DNA of 64,000 bases from Paraspadella gotoi (lineage: Eukaryota > Animalia > Chaetognatha), in the NCBI GenBank assembly GCA_051294375.1, contig CM119264.1, positions 18,503,354-18,567,353 on the forward strand, written 5' to 3'. The notes under the pieces were generated by a model. The model did not search any database. It worked only from the letters and a program-made list of their open reading frames with translations, and was not told the origin of the DNA. This document shows positions 49,035 to 61,178 of this stretch, in pieces (the first letter of the stretch is position 1; each line of letters opens with the position of its first letter). Both the position numbers and the translations under genes were made by a program.

Positions 49035-49949
49035 ACTTTCCATCTTCTGTTTCTTGCTCTTTCTCTCTCTGTGATCTAAGATCGTTATTTGGAAATCAAA
49101 TCCACCAGATAGGTTTTCAATGTTTTTATTTAGGCGCTAAAATTGTTTGATATTGTTGAAATAGCATGGTCAATTGGTTATAAGCGGCATGTTTTAGTTA
49201 TCCTCGTTTAATTTCAACTATTCTTGCATGCGAAGGAAAAAACTAACCTCCGTGTATTAAAATATTAAATAGGAATTTTTGTGGAGAAGTTTACAATTTA
49301 ATTTATTAGTACGTAGTGACATAACTTGGTGTTTTTTTTTTTCAAAATATTAATATAGTTAGGTTTTTAGTGATTATTAAAGTAAATTCGATAGTTTATT
49401 GAAAATGTGTCCAAAGAACTCACTGTCTTATATTAGTAGACCGCCTGTAGCCGACGTTTTGTCGTGATCTCACTGAATGCCTAGCGTCCAAGCTTGCGCG
49501 GCTTTTACCTTCTGTACATTACAACAAAAAAATTTTCTTTAAATATTGTTTATCATACTATAAAAATATAAAAATATACAAAAATATATATTTTTTTTAT
49601 TTTGAAATTTCATTACAGTTTTACCTTTGGTCACCATCTCAACTTTTCCGCAAAATAAGATTTAATTTTTTCTCCAGCTTTTTAATTTAGCTATCACTTG
49701 CTTAACATTCAGGATTGTGACCGGATTTCTCATTTTTATCGAAAATTAGATTTTTGCTTCTTTATAAAAAAAATAAATTTTTACAAAAAAAATAAAAAGT
49801 TAGCAATAGTTAGGAAAAAAATAATGTAATCAATAATCATTTTAAAAGTCAATTATTATGTCTTCCTCATTGTCTTATTGAATAAGTTTTCCTTGTCACT
49901 TTTGTTTGTTTTTTGTTTTTTGTTTTTTTCAGTTTTTCTTCATGCGTTG

Positions 49950-50607
49950 TTATTTCTTCGCCCACATCCGTATTTTTCTCAATCGACAATTTTCTTCCAG
50001 GCATCTGAGGCCCCAGCATCGACCGGGTTTCGGGATATCTTCGACTTGAAGCGTGTGTACGTTGCTCCTCAGGCCTTTTGTTTCGACCATTGAAACTGTT
50101 TTGAAATTGTCGCAGCCTCTGTCGTCCATGAGATCGCCTCTCACAAGTTCCAGCTTGACAGGATAGTTCTTAGTTCCGAGCGTCCAGCCGAAACGGACGA
50201 CTGCGACCTCAGTCTTGAGGGCGTAATACAGCACCTCTCCTTCGTTGAGATCTGGAGGCTCGATGGTGCATTTTCGCCATTGGAATTCGAATGTGCAATT
50301 GCAACGGTCGCAGTTCTTTTTTTTTAAATCGCAGCTTTTGGTAATGCAGTTTTGTCCCAGCAAACCGGGAGTTCCTCCTCTGAAGTTGACCTCTAAAAAA
50401 AAATTTAAATTTAATTTTGGGATGATTAAACTAGAAATGTTAACATGGGACTTCACGAAATTAAGGTCAATCTGGACTTCTGGTCTTACCAGCGAAGTCA
50501 TCACGACCAACCACCAACAAGGTCATATCGTATTCATGAACGTAGAAATGCTGAATGCTCTCGCTTTTCGCCAAATATAGCCAAAAAAGTCCCAAAAATA
50601 ACTTCAT
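49950..50607 (-). CDS. Small secreted Cys-rich protein, paralogue B (186 aa), probable discoidin/F5-8C-like beta-sandwich
   Basis: Exon 1 50607-50490 (MKLFLGLFWLYLAKSES..., signal-like). Phase-1 intron gtaag...tttttag. Exon 2 50392-49950 (EVNFRGG...VLYYALKTEVAVVRFGWT...NYPVKLELVRG...KPGRCWGLRCLE...IRMWAKK). The fold is inferred from motif spacing only. Confidence 0.75.
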
Positions 50608-50758
50608 ATTCTAGAATACGATGGGTAAAATATCCTTCTGTAATTTTAAAAAAATGTCAAACGATGTACGCATAAATTTAATCGTTAAATTAGTACGACT
50701 TTGTTAAGGCTATGTATATTGTATAATATTAGTTCCGCCGTACTTCATAAAAACTAAA

Positions 50759-51443
50759 CTAGTTTATTTTCTTCCACATTTGCACCATTCTAAAATGACA
50801 AATAGATAAACCTCCATTCTCCATGCACTTCAAGCCCCAGCAACGGCTTGGCTTACTGGAATTGGTCACGTTTTGTAAACATGTTTTACATTGTGATACT
50901 TTATCCTTATCAAAGATTTGCACTTCCGTAAAACTTTTGCACTTTCCTTGTTTCCATTCGCCTCTCATCAGTTTTACGCGCTTGGGAACGTTTTTCCATT
51001 TATTGAACGTGAACCCGAAAGCGACGACAACGATTTTTTCCTCGAAGTAATGAAAAAGAATGTCATTGACGCAGACATTTTGAAACGGTTTGTCGCATCC
51101 GACAGGTTTTACGGTTCCGAATGCGCAACGCGGTTGGTCAATTTTGCAGTCTATCACCGTACCAGAACTTCCTCGCTCGAAGTCCACTTCTCGCGTTTGG
51201 ACGACTTCGTCGCTGCGGTCATGACGTTTGATTTCAAATTCTGCTGACGATTTTAATGTTTTCAAAATGTATAAGTTCTTAAATCATTTCGCGTCGCTTC
51301 TTACCTTCACTGACTGTTTCTCGACGAATGACGATCAAAGCGAATTCGCCTGATTTCGATTCGTAAGCTACCGAATTCACTCCACTTGTTTCTCGACAGA
51401 AGAGAAACGTGATAATCAAAATGATGTAAAAGCTAGTACGCAT
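50759..51443 (-). CDS. Small secreted Cys-rich protein, paralogue A (~207 aa), probable discoidin/F5-8C-like beta-sandwich
   Basis: Exon 1 51443-51305 (MRTSFYIILIITFLFCRETSG, signal peptide). Phase-1 intron gtaag...cagcag. Exon 2 51243/51240-50759 (EVDFERG...ILFHYFEEKIVVVAFGFT...NVPKRVKLMRG...KPSRCWGLKCME...FRMVQMWKK). Clearly aligns with paralogue B. Confidence 0.75.
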
Positions 51444-51582
51444 TCTTTTTCTTTCGTCCATTTGTTTCATTTGATTAGCAAAAGCTTCACAAGCTTTAGA
51501 AGTTTCAAAAGCAGAGCGACGGAGCGTGGCTTTGTGGCAATAACTTTAAACAGTGCTGCTCCTAATGGTCCAGGGTTTTCCA

Positions 51583-51927
51583 ATAAATGTTAAAATTTCA
51601 AAATTGTTTTTGTAAAAAATTTTTTGCAGCCTTGAATTCGTCATGAAAAGTCTCTAAAAAGAAATATAACTCTTTTTAGAAAAGTTGGTCAAATATCAGT
51701 CTTTTAAATTTTAAATTTAAAAAAAATTTTTATCAAAATTAAGAATAGCCTATTTTGAATTTTTTTGGATATAATAAGGATAGAACTATATATAATCATA
51801 GCTACCTGCAAAAATTCAAAAAAGTAAACCTAATTTTTTTTTATAAATTAATGTTCAATGTTGTTATGTTGTTCAATGTTCATAGTTGTCTTTTAAAATT
51901 TTCATCGGAAACTTTCACAACGCTCTA
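51583..51927. mobile_element. Diverged, truncated copy of the 21819-22429 MITE family
   Basis: Shared blocks: ataaatgttaaaatttcaaaa, ttcgtcat.aaaagt, aaaaagaaatataactc, ataaggatag, ctgcaaaaatt, aaattaatgttca. Terminus aactttcacaacgctcta compares with aactttcactacgcctta. Confidence 0.75.
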
Positions 51928-52568
51928 TTGATGATAAACATGATATTTTATAGTCAAGACATGGTGCCTTCTATTCGATTATTCCGATAAAAATGAGTGT
52001 TTAAAAAAAAAATAAAACTTGGCGTTCTGGCAACGCTTCGTCGTAATTGTCAATCCGTAATATGACGCTACTTGCAATTACGTAGCGGATCGATTAAAAC
52101 CTAAACCTAATCATTTCTCTGTTTCCTTCATATTAGATTTTTTAGCAGTTTAAATAACAATTGGTTTTTCCAATTTCGTAATAAAAGAGCTGCGCAATAA
52201 CGCTATATTTTACGCTTCTTTTGCACTATTCCGTTTTCTTTAGTATGAACCAAAAAAATACAGAATTTTTTCCGGCAATGCTTGTGAAAATAAAAATGGG
52301 AAACTGGATCAAAGCTCAAGAATGTTTTCTTTATGCAACCGTCTTCCAGTTCTGTATAAAAACGAATCCGCTCATTTTTTCTACAATTCCTAGCTATTGG
52401 TAAAATTTATATCTTTTTTTCCTCGTTTGGCGTCTTTTCATCAAAGGCATGTTTCCTTAAATTTTCCAAAAGTTTATTTATTAAAAAGAATAATTAAATT
52501 TCTGAAATCTGTTTTACAATTACCGCCATCGATATAATGAATTATATTTTTTTTCTTCAGTCGACATC

Positions 52569-52703
52569 ATGATGAGCTTCATGGGAATGATGAGACGACG
52601 CCGTGGAATGCGGTCGTGTCGCGGGGGCGGGGGCGGCGGCGGGCGGCGGTGGCGCCGACGTGGCGGCGGTCGATGCCGAGGAATGTGCCCACTCTTTATG
52701 TGA
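52569..52703 (+). CDS. 44-aa Met/Arg/Gly-rich micropeptide MMSFMGMMRRRRGMRSCRGGGGGGGRRWRRRGGGRCRGMCPLFM
   Basis: GC-rich ORF in AT-rich DNA, directly after the acceptor tttttttcttcag| (52560). TATAAAAA at 52355, possible donor at ~52400, ATTAAA at ~52854. DNA and peptide are homologous to the 59977-60066 ORF. Confidence 0.65.
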   Translation: MMSFMGMMRRRRGMRSCRGGGGGGGRRWRRRGGGRCRGMCPLFM

Positions 52704-54198
52704 TCCTTTCTTGATTTGGGATCGACAATCAACCTGTCTCTGTGTCTACTGCGTAAAGACTAGTACACAATTTCATTGGAAATTGAAATAATTTTGAAAA
52801 ATGTGAAAAATAATATCTGTTGGCGATTGATTGTCAAAAAAAAGCTTTTGTTTATTAAAAAATATCATAATATTATATAACAGACTTTTTTTTCACTAAA
52901 AAAAGAAAAACTAAAAGAAAAAAATATTTTTCAACCAATTCCAAGTTGAAAGTTCAGATTTCAATGACATTTCTGTCGTCCCCAAAAACGTCATTATTGA
53001 CGTCAGAGAAAATCGAGTTGAAATTTCTTTAAATCTTGAGAAGTTCTAAAGAGAAATAATAAATCAGATGATATGAAATGATAAGCATAGTATTCATAAA
53101 AATTTGGCTAGGTAGCTAGTAAAAGCTGATTGAATATATTTTTTAAGGAACCTTAGCTTCTTCTAATTCATAATTAGTTATTGGACTTGGAAATATTAAA
53201 ACTTTACTACTATTTCTTAAGCTAAGGAATCGAAAAAACGTGAAGTAATAAAGACGGAAGTCTCTTATCAATTTTAAAGTGGCAAGAAAAAAGTCGCTGA
53301 TGAGTCCCTCCAGTTTCCTAGGAAACGAAGGAGCGACTGATCAACACCGGATTCGCGGAAAGTATCGTTGAGGTGGGTCATTCGAGTCGAAGGAAGATCG
53401 GATAGGAGGAATTAGATGAAAAAAGTAACCAGTGCTATTTAACGCGATCTGCAATTAATAGAGTTAATGACTATATCAGATAAAGGATTGCCAGCTATGC
53501 CTGTTGCGCATCATTTCACCATAGAGATTTCGAACTCTCACTGAGCCCTTCCGATTTTAGTTCGAAAGAAGATGTTTTTCAAATTAGTATATAAAAAAGT
53601 GTTAAACCTAATATGGTACAGTAAGAAATGGCTCTGGATTCCAGACAGAGATTGACACCTATTTCAGGTTTTAACGTATCGTAAGATGACAACCAACTTA
53701 CGATGAACAAGCGACGTGAAGAAGAGTCAAAGAATTGACAAGAAGGAAGCTTTCGATGACCCAATGATAAGGAACTTAATTCTTTGACGCAGACCGGACA
53801 AAAAGAAGAGGAAGGGGCGGAGGAATTTTCTTGAAAGAATCGCTATCTCTCTCCCGATCTCGCTCGAGATATGGCGTGAAGGAAGGGAGCGACTTAAAAA
53901 GGGGGCGGCGAAGACTGAGGACCCTATTCCACCGTCGAAGGTGAGACAAGACCGACAAGGACGAAGAAAAAACAAATTTCATGATTTTTTTTTTTAATTT
54001 AACGTCCAACAAAAGTAAAACGAACTAAACGATTTGCCCTCGGCAGCGGAACTATCATTGTAAACGAGAATCTCATATTCGGCCTGCGGAATCAAAACAA
54101 AAACAAAAAAACCCCCAAAAATTACTAAACAATCGCCAACGCCGCTAAAACAAAAGAGCGAGGGGTAAATCGGAATTAAATTTTCTTGGGAAGCGAAG

Positions 54199-54499
54199 AT
54201 GGCGCTGACTGCGAGGAGTCTCGCGGTGATTTGTGTCTGCGCGGCGGTGATTATTTCTTCACTTAGTCAATCGACGGAGGCCAAGCGACCAAGGTAGGAG
54301 GCTGGTTTAAAAGTTAGTGAAAACTGAAATGCTTTGTAAACTGTAGATACAAGGTGATTTAAAAATGTTAGGCGATCGAATGGTGTGGCGAGAGATTTGA
54401 TTTGACTTGATTAAATTTATTCAGTTGAAAATTATCACAATACTTAAATTTTTAACAAACGTGAGAGGCAGAGAAAAAGAGAGAGAGAGAGATAGAGAT

Positions 54500-54547
<48 letters not shown>

Positions 54548-56112
54548 TGATAGAAAATAAGTGAGAGTGAGAGAAACAGAGAGAAACATAAAGAGTCAGC
54601 CTTTGTCGGTATAATGCACTTTCATAATTTAATTGTGAGATTTGTATACCCCTTTGCTTTGCTTCTAGGTTACGCCGAATTAAAAAGTCAGCCCCGGTCA
54701 TAGGTAAGTTATCTGTAAACGTTTTCGTACAAACCATAATGATTGATGGCATCAAAGAGCCTTCATAATTCTGAGATCTTTCTTCCTGGCGGTAAAGTCT
54801 CTCATAGAGGTGCTGCGCCCATTCATACAATGACACTTTGAACGTCTCCTTCTGTCTCCTCCAAATCTCAAGGATCCCTCGATCTCACGGTCGAAGGGCA
54901 AGGGGCCAAAACATTTTCGAATTAATTTTTTTAATATAAAAAATGAGAGACAGCGATCGAAAGATCTCAGCAAATGATAAAAAAGGAATAAGAATAAATG
55001 ATAACGACCTTGATTTATAAACTAAAGGGTCTCTTCTTTCCACTCGAACTCGATCAAAAGGCCATCACGAATGTCACGTGATCCCAAAATAGCAACAATT
55101 TGATATTTTCAACGAATGTCATAGATTTTTCCTCAAAGATGTCCACATATGAATATTTTTTTACAGTATTGAAATTTATAATGTCGTTAGAAAGAATTGT
55201 TCGTTTGTCCCTCCGTGAATGACCCCCGTAAAAGTTCGGGATATAATTTTTTTTATTTCTTGCTAAACAATTTTTGCCTTTTTGCCTTCCCTTCTTTAAA
55301 ATTTCCACTTCAGACGACTACGACGTTGACCTGACGGGCAATTGCCCTCCCCCGCCCGGCGGACCCCACACTTTGGCCACATGCAGCGGGGACGAGTTTT
55401 TCCGTTCCTGCTCGGTCAAGTGCGACTCCGGGTGGGTCTTCCCCGAGCGGACCAACAACTTCGCCTTCAACGTCGAGTGCGACGAGACGGAGGGTGTGTG
55501 GAAGGCCAACGGGGAAAACGCCGCCGTCCCGTTATGCAAAGGTAATTTCGGTGGAAAGAAAGAAAGAAAGGAAAGGGAAACAAGTTTGAGGCAAACAATG
55601 TCGGATCTGCCTACGATAATTAATTAATTAATTGATTAATTAATTAATTAATAGAATTAATTAATTAATTAATAGATTATTAATTAATTAATTAATTTAA
55701 TAGATTAATTATAATTTAATATTCAGCTTGTCATCATCGATGTCCTTAAAATTGAGTCAGGACAGTTATTAAATGTTTTGTTTACATTTTTAAAAAGCAA
55801 ACAAATATCCTCTATGTATCGAGCCAGGCGGGCAAAGCCCGTCCTGTCTAGATTTTTTTTCGGTTTTAGCTTTCGGTCTCGCTTTTTTGCAATCATGGCT
55901 TCTTGAAAGTGTGATATCATAGGGAGTTGAATTTTCATATATGGCTCTAATCATCAAGATCTTTAAAATTCTCATGTTTTCATATCAATATTGGTATTTG
56001 TTTATGTTTTTATTTACATTACATTATTATATGTCGCTCTCTCTCTCTCTCTTTTTCTCCGTCACTGGCTTCTTCTAAAAACGAGTTCCGGCTCTGCAGC
56101 GTCTGTCCAGCT

Positions 56113-56159
<47 letters not shown>

Positions 56160-56692
56160 CTCATTTTTTTTTACAAAAAATTTTTTAGATATAATGTGGG
56201 TTCACTAATGTAAAAAACGATCGCGCCGCGAACAGGGCGCGAACCCGGGTCCTTTGGGTAGAGAAATAGCTCACGCTACGTGCGGCGCCATAAGTACTGT
56301 GATTCTTTAACGAGTAAAGGGGCTGTAGAACTTCTCTCTCTCTCTCTCTCTTTTAATTATTATATATCGCTTTTCTCTTTCTCTTTTTCTCTGCAGCGGC
56401 TGTCTCTCTCTCTCTCTCTTTTTTTCTCTCTCTCTCTGTCTCTCTGTGTGTGTCCTGTCCCTATCTGTCCGATCTTTTTGCGTGATCGTTTTGTTTTTTG
56501 AAAAATTCTGATTATTTTTTTCCTTCTAAAAACTTTTTATTATTTGCCATTTATTCCGCGCTTTTTTTCAATACAAATCCCATATTTTCATCCGAGATTT
56601 TCGTGGATTTATTCTCTTTCTTTCTTCTCTCTCTCTCTCTCTTTCTCTCCTCTCTCTTTCTTTCTCTCTCTCTCTTCTCTCTTCTCTCTCGT

Positions 56693-56737
<45 letters not shown>

Positions 56738-59700
56738 TTTCACTCATACACGCATTTGTTTGTTTTATTGACTATCATCGCATCCAAATGAATGGACAAT
56801 CATCGCATCAATGAATGACAATCATCGCATCACGTGAATGACATCATCACAGCAGTGAATGACTATCATCGCATCAATAATTGATTATCATCGAATCAAT
56901 AATCAATTCCTATTACATCAATAAATTACTATTACATCAATCAATTAGTATTACCTCAAATCAATTACTAGTACATCAACAATTCGTTATCGCATGATTC
57001 ATTCGTTTTTTTTCCCGGTTTTTTTTCATTAATTTTCTATGATAGTGGGCTCTGGCTCGATCTTGAGTTCTTTTAAAGTTTTTTATTTTAATGTCTCCTT
57101 CTCTCTCTCCTCTCTCTCTCTCACTCTCGTCTCTTCTCTCTCCTTCCTCTCTCTCTCCTCTCTCTCTTCTCTCTCTCTCTCTCGTCTTCTCCTCTCTCTC
57201 TCTCTCTCTTTTTCTATGCAATAAGCGACGATCCTTATGCTTTTAAGATTTTTTTAACTTGCATCATTTTTCAACTTGCATCATTTTTTTCAACTTGCAT
57301 TCCGGTCAAAACTTTATATCTAGCTTCTTCACTCACTTTCCTACCGGCTCACAAAAATTTCATCTCATATCTATCATGGGTTAAAATAAATAAAAAGATT
57401 CAAGTAAATGTGACTCATATTTTTTTTCATTTAAACTCATTTCCACTGGTTACGTTTCCAACTTGAAACTTTATTATCAAGCTTCGTCATAAGTTTTCCT
57501 ACCCACACACAAAATTTCAACTCAATCTATCCATCCAATATTGATTAATAGGAGTATTTATTGGTTAAAATAAGTAAAAAGATTTTAGTAAATTCGACTT
57601 ATGTTTTTTCCATTTAAACTAATTTCCACTCACACGATTCCATCGAAATTTTATATCCAGCTTTATCACACACTTTCCTACCCAACACCAAAATTTTAAT
57701 TCCAATCCAACCAGCCATCACGAGTATGGAGCTTTTTTGCTAAGATGGGACGGATGGACGGATTGATTGACTAAATTAATTAATTATTGATTAATTTTAT
57801 TTACTAATTGATTAATTAACTGATTAATTATTTGATTTATTAATACATCCTGCAGATACATTTAATATAAAAGGAAAAAGAAGCATAATCAATTAGTAAA
57901 ACATGTTTTTTGTTTTTTTCCATTTAAACTCATTTCCACTCAAACTATTCCATCGAAACTTGTATTCCTGTTTCAATCACACACTTTCCTACCCACATAC
58001 AAAATTCCAGGTCAATCAGCCCATCCACTCATGAGCAATTGGTGTTCAAATAGTGAATATATTTTTTTTGTTTTTTCCATTTAAACTCATTTCCACTCGG
58101 ACGATTCCATCGAAACTTAATATCCAGCTCAATCACACACTTACCTATCCACACACAAAATTTTCATAAATCCATCCATCCAATCACGAGTAATTGGTGT
58201 TTTTTGCTAAGGTGGGACGGACGGACGGACGGACGGACGACGGACGGACGGAACGGACGGACGGACGGACGGACGGACGGGTACGGACGGACGGAACGGA
58301 CGGACGGACGGAACGGACGGACGACGAACGACGGGACGGACATTCATTTTTTTGCATAATTTATCATAATTCGATGTTCTGAAACATGATAAATGTGTGC
58401 CCTGACAATATTGGAGGGGGCGGACCGACGGACCGAAAAAGTGAGTTATAAAAAGTGAGTTATAGAGTCGGGATCTGCTGATAAGCAGATCCGACTAAAA
58501 AGGAAAAAAAGAAAAAAGAAAAAAGAAAAAAAGAAAAAAAAGAAAAAAAAAAAAAAAGCAAAATAGCAAAATAGCAAAATAGAAAATAGAAAAAATAGAA
58601 AAATAGAAAAATAGAACATAGAAACAATAGAAAAAAAAGAAATAGAAAAATAGAAAAAAAGAAAAACAAAAACCAATTAAGTTGATCTATTTACAGCCGT
58701 GTGCCCAATCGGCTGTCAAAACGGCGGCACCTGCACGGCTCCTGACGTTTGCACATGCCCGCCGGAATGGACCGGCAAGGACTGTGGAACGCCTGTCCCG
58801 AGGCTCTGCCCGAGGATTTCGGTAAATTTCGTTCGCTGGTTCGAAGCTATTTGGCTGGGAGACAAATGTGTCACGTGTATTTTTTTTTCCTTTTCCCATT
58901 CGAGTTAGTTTTCCTGTTTCTCTCTCGATTTTCCCCCCTCTCTAATCGCCTCCTTCTCCGCCCTCTCATTCTACAGACTCCCATCAACTCCGTCATGACG
59001 GCCCAGTCTGGCCACAAGGTGGGCGCCCGCGCCATCGCCGCCTGCGACCCGGGCTTCTTCTTCCCCAACGGGAAGAGCGTGCTCACTTACGAGTGCGTTA
59101 GCAAATCCACGGGCGGAGAAGGCGTCTGGAAGCCCGTCGAAGGGCAGGGAGACGGGCTGCCCGTCGGAAAGTTCCCGGACAAGTGCGAGAAAGGTGAGCG
59201 CGCTTGGAGATTTTGAAGAAGAAATGAGAAACGTATGTAAAGGAGAGAAGAGATAAGAAGATAGTTCTGGAAGTTGAGATAGGATAAAAGAAGAGAAGAA
59301 AAGAGAAGAGAAGAGAAAAGAACAGAAGAGAAGAGAAGACAAGAGAATAATAAGAAAAGGGTAGAGAAATAAAAAGGAATGGAAGAAAAAAAAAGAAGAA
59401 TAATAAAAAAGGGAGAAAAGAAGAAAATGAGAAAAACTGAAGAGAAGAAAGTTGTAATACAAAAAAAAGGAAGTGAAGATAAGAAAAAAAAAGTTAAAAA
59501 TAAACAAGCATGGGTGGTCTTCAAAGAATATTTGACTATTAATAACTACTACTTAAAATCTAAAACTGTAATCAATTTTATTGACTGATTAAAAATGAAT
59601 TAAGAAGCATTTTTTTATCTATAATTTAATTATATTGATTGATAAGAGCAAATGAAGAAGCAACAGAAGCGAACTAGAGACACAAAAGTTACCAAAAATA

Positions 59701-61112
59701 AATTTAAAAAAATAATTTAAAAACATTTTGGAAGCTAGATGACGAGTCGTGTCGTTTTTGAGGTACAAAAGAATATTCTCAAGCTTCTTTCTTCGCAGTT
59801 TATTCTTGACAAAGTTCCTACGACTTCTTATTTTATGTTCATTGTTCACATTCTCCATGAAGATGTGAGAATCGTTCACGGAAAATTAGTTTTAGAATGA
59901 AATCTTCTCTCTCGATTCTCGGCTTGTTGCGTTGCTCTTTTGTCTTCTGTATTTCTTTACTGTTGCAAGATGTCGCTCACATCATGCCGCAGCCGCCGCC
60001 GCCGCCGCCGCCTCGACGCCCGCGGCGTCTTCCTCCACGACGGCGTCGTCCCATCATTCCCATCATGGTTCTGTGATAAAAAGGAAGGGAAACAAAATGG
60101 CATTCAAAGCGATGATGAGCTGAGTGAGGATTTCAATTTTTTTTTATCTCCAACTCAATTTCAAGATAAAACAAAAAAGTTTATAATTAACTTTATTTTA
60201 AGTCAAAAGAAATAATAGTATTTTAAAAACTTTAACAGCATTTCAAGCGAAGTTGAACCATGTATGTAAATTTGACTTACCTGAAGGTTTTTCGAGTTGG
60301 TTGGTAAAAACGATTAAGTTTTCTTGGTCGAATCTCACGTTTTATTTCGAACCATTTCTCGTCCCTTTATATACCCTCTCCCTGTTTGGTTCATTGAATT
60401 TAGTTTCACCGAATAAACATTCCTGCTTATACAGGCGATCTCAAGGAAAACAAATGAAGATTTGGTTCTTGCAATCTTGCAATATCTTTGTCTCTTACCT
60501 GTGTTTTCGTAACCTAAAGTCTAGTTTCCTTTTCATTTCTTTATCTACGTGTATTATATTTTTACGAAAATGAATTTATTTGTATTATACTGTTTGCGCA
60601 TTTGGCGGAATAGATTTTTAATTGTCGAGGATAATCTAGATTACGTCATTGAAAGATTATGAGATAAGGGCAAGAAGTCGAGCTTCGTAAATATGTTTAT
60701 ATTTTATGCTGTACGGTGTAGTATTAATACTTTACGTAAGAACCAGTACAAATTTGGTTTTTAAAAGTGAAATTATTCTTTTTTTTATCTCAGCTTTCTG
60801 CGATCCTCCCTGTATGAACGGCGGTGTCTGCGTCGGGGCGGACCGGTGTCGCTGCCCAGATGGTTTTCGCGGCCCCAAATGCCAGTTTGCGCTTCAGGAC
60901 TGCGAGTGTCCAGTGGCGCCAAGAAACGGTTCCGTCCTCAAACACTTTTCTGATGATGGAGAAGTCACCTTCTGTTCGTTTCAATGCGCAGCAGGGTTCG
61001 TGCCAAGTGGGATCAACACGGTAAGATCGACGGGAAGGACAAGGATTGGATGGGTATGGGGGCAAGAAGAAAAGAGTCTGAAGAATGGAGCTGGGAGATC
61101 CAGTCTCTCTCT

Positions 61113-61178
<66 letters not shown>

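Noticed and set aside
52520-52732. Pro/Arg-rich ORF (and its counterpart on + at ~59970-60075) resembling proline-rich antimicrobial peptides
   Set aside because: It is the antisense shadow. The start codons, splice acceptors and TATA/polyA signals all sit on the Arg/Gly-encoding strands.
53668-53940. Exon-like block (ttcag|...|gtgaga) upstream of hemolectin
   Set aside because: Plus-strand frames appear interrupted by stops and show no recognisable domain; at most a UTR or pseudo-exon.
57300-58200. Regularly spaced repeats resembling a CRISPR array
   Set aside because: Eukaryotic intron with whole ~180-bp units repeated, no unique spacers and no cas genes.
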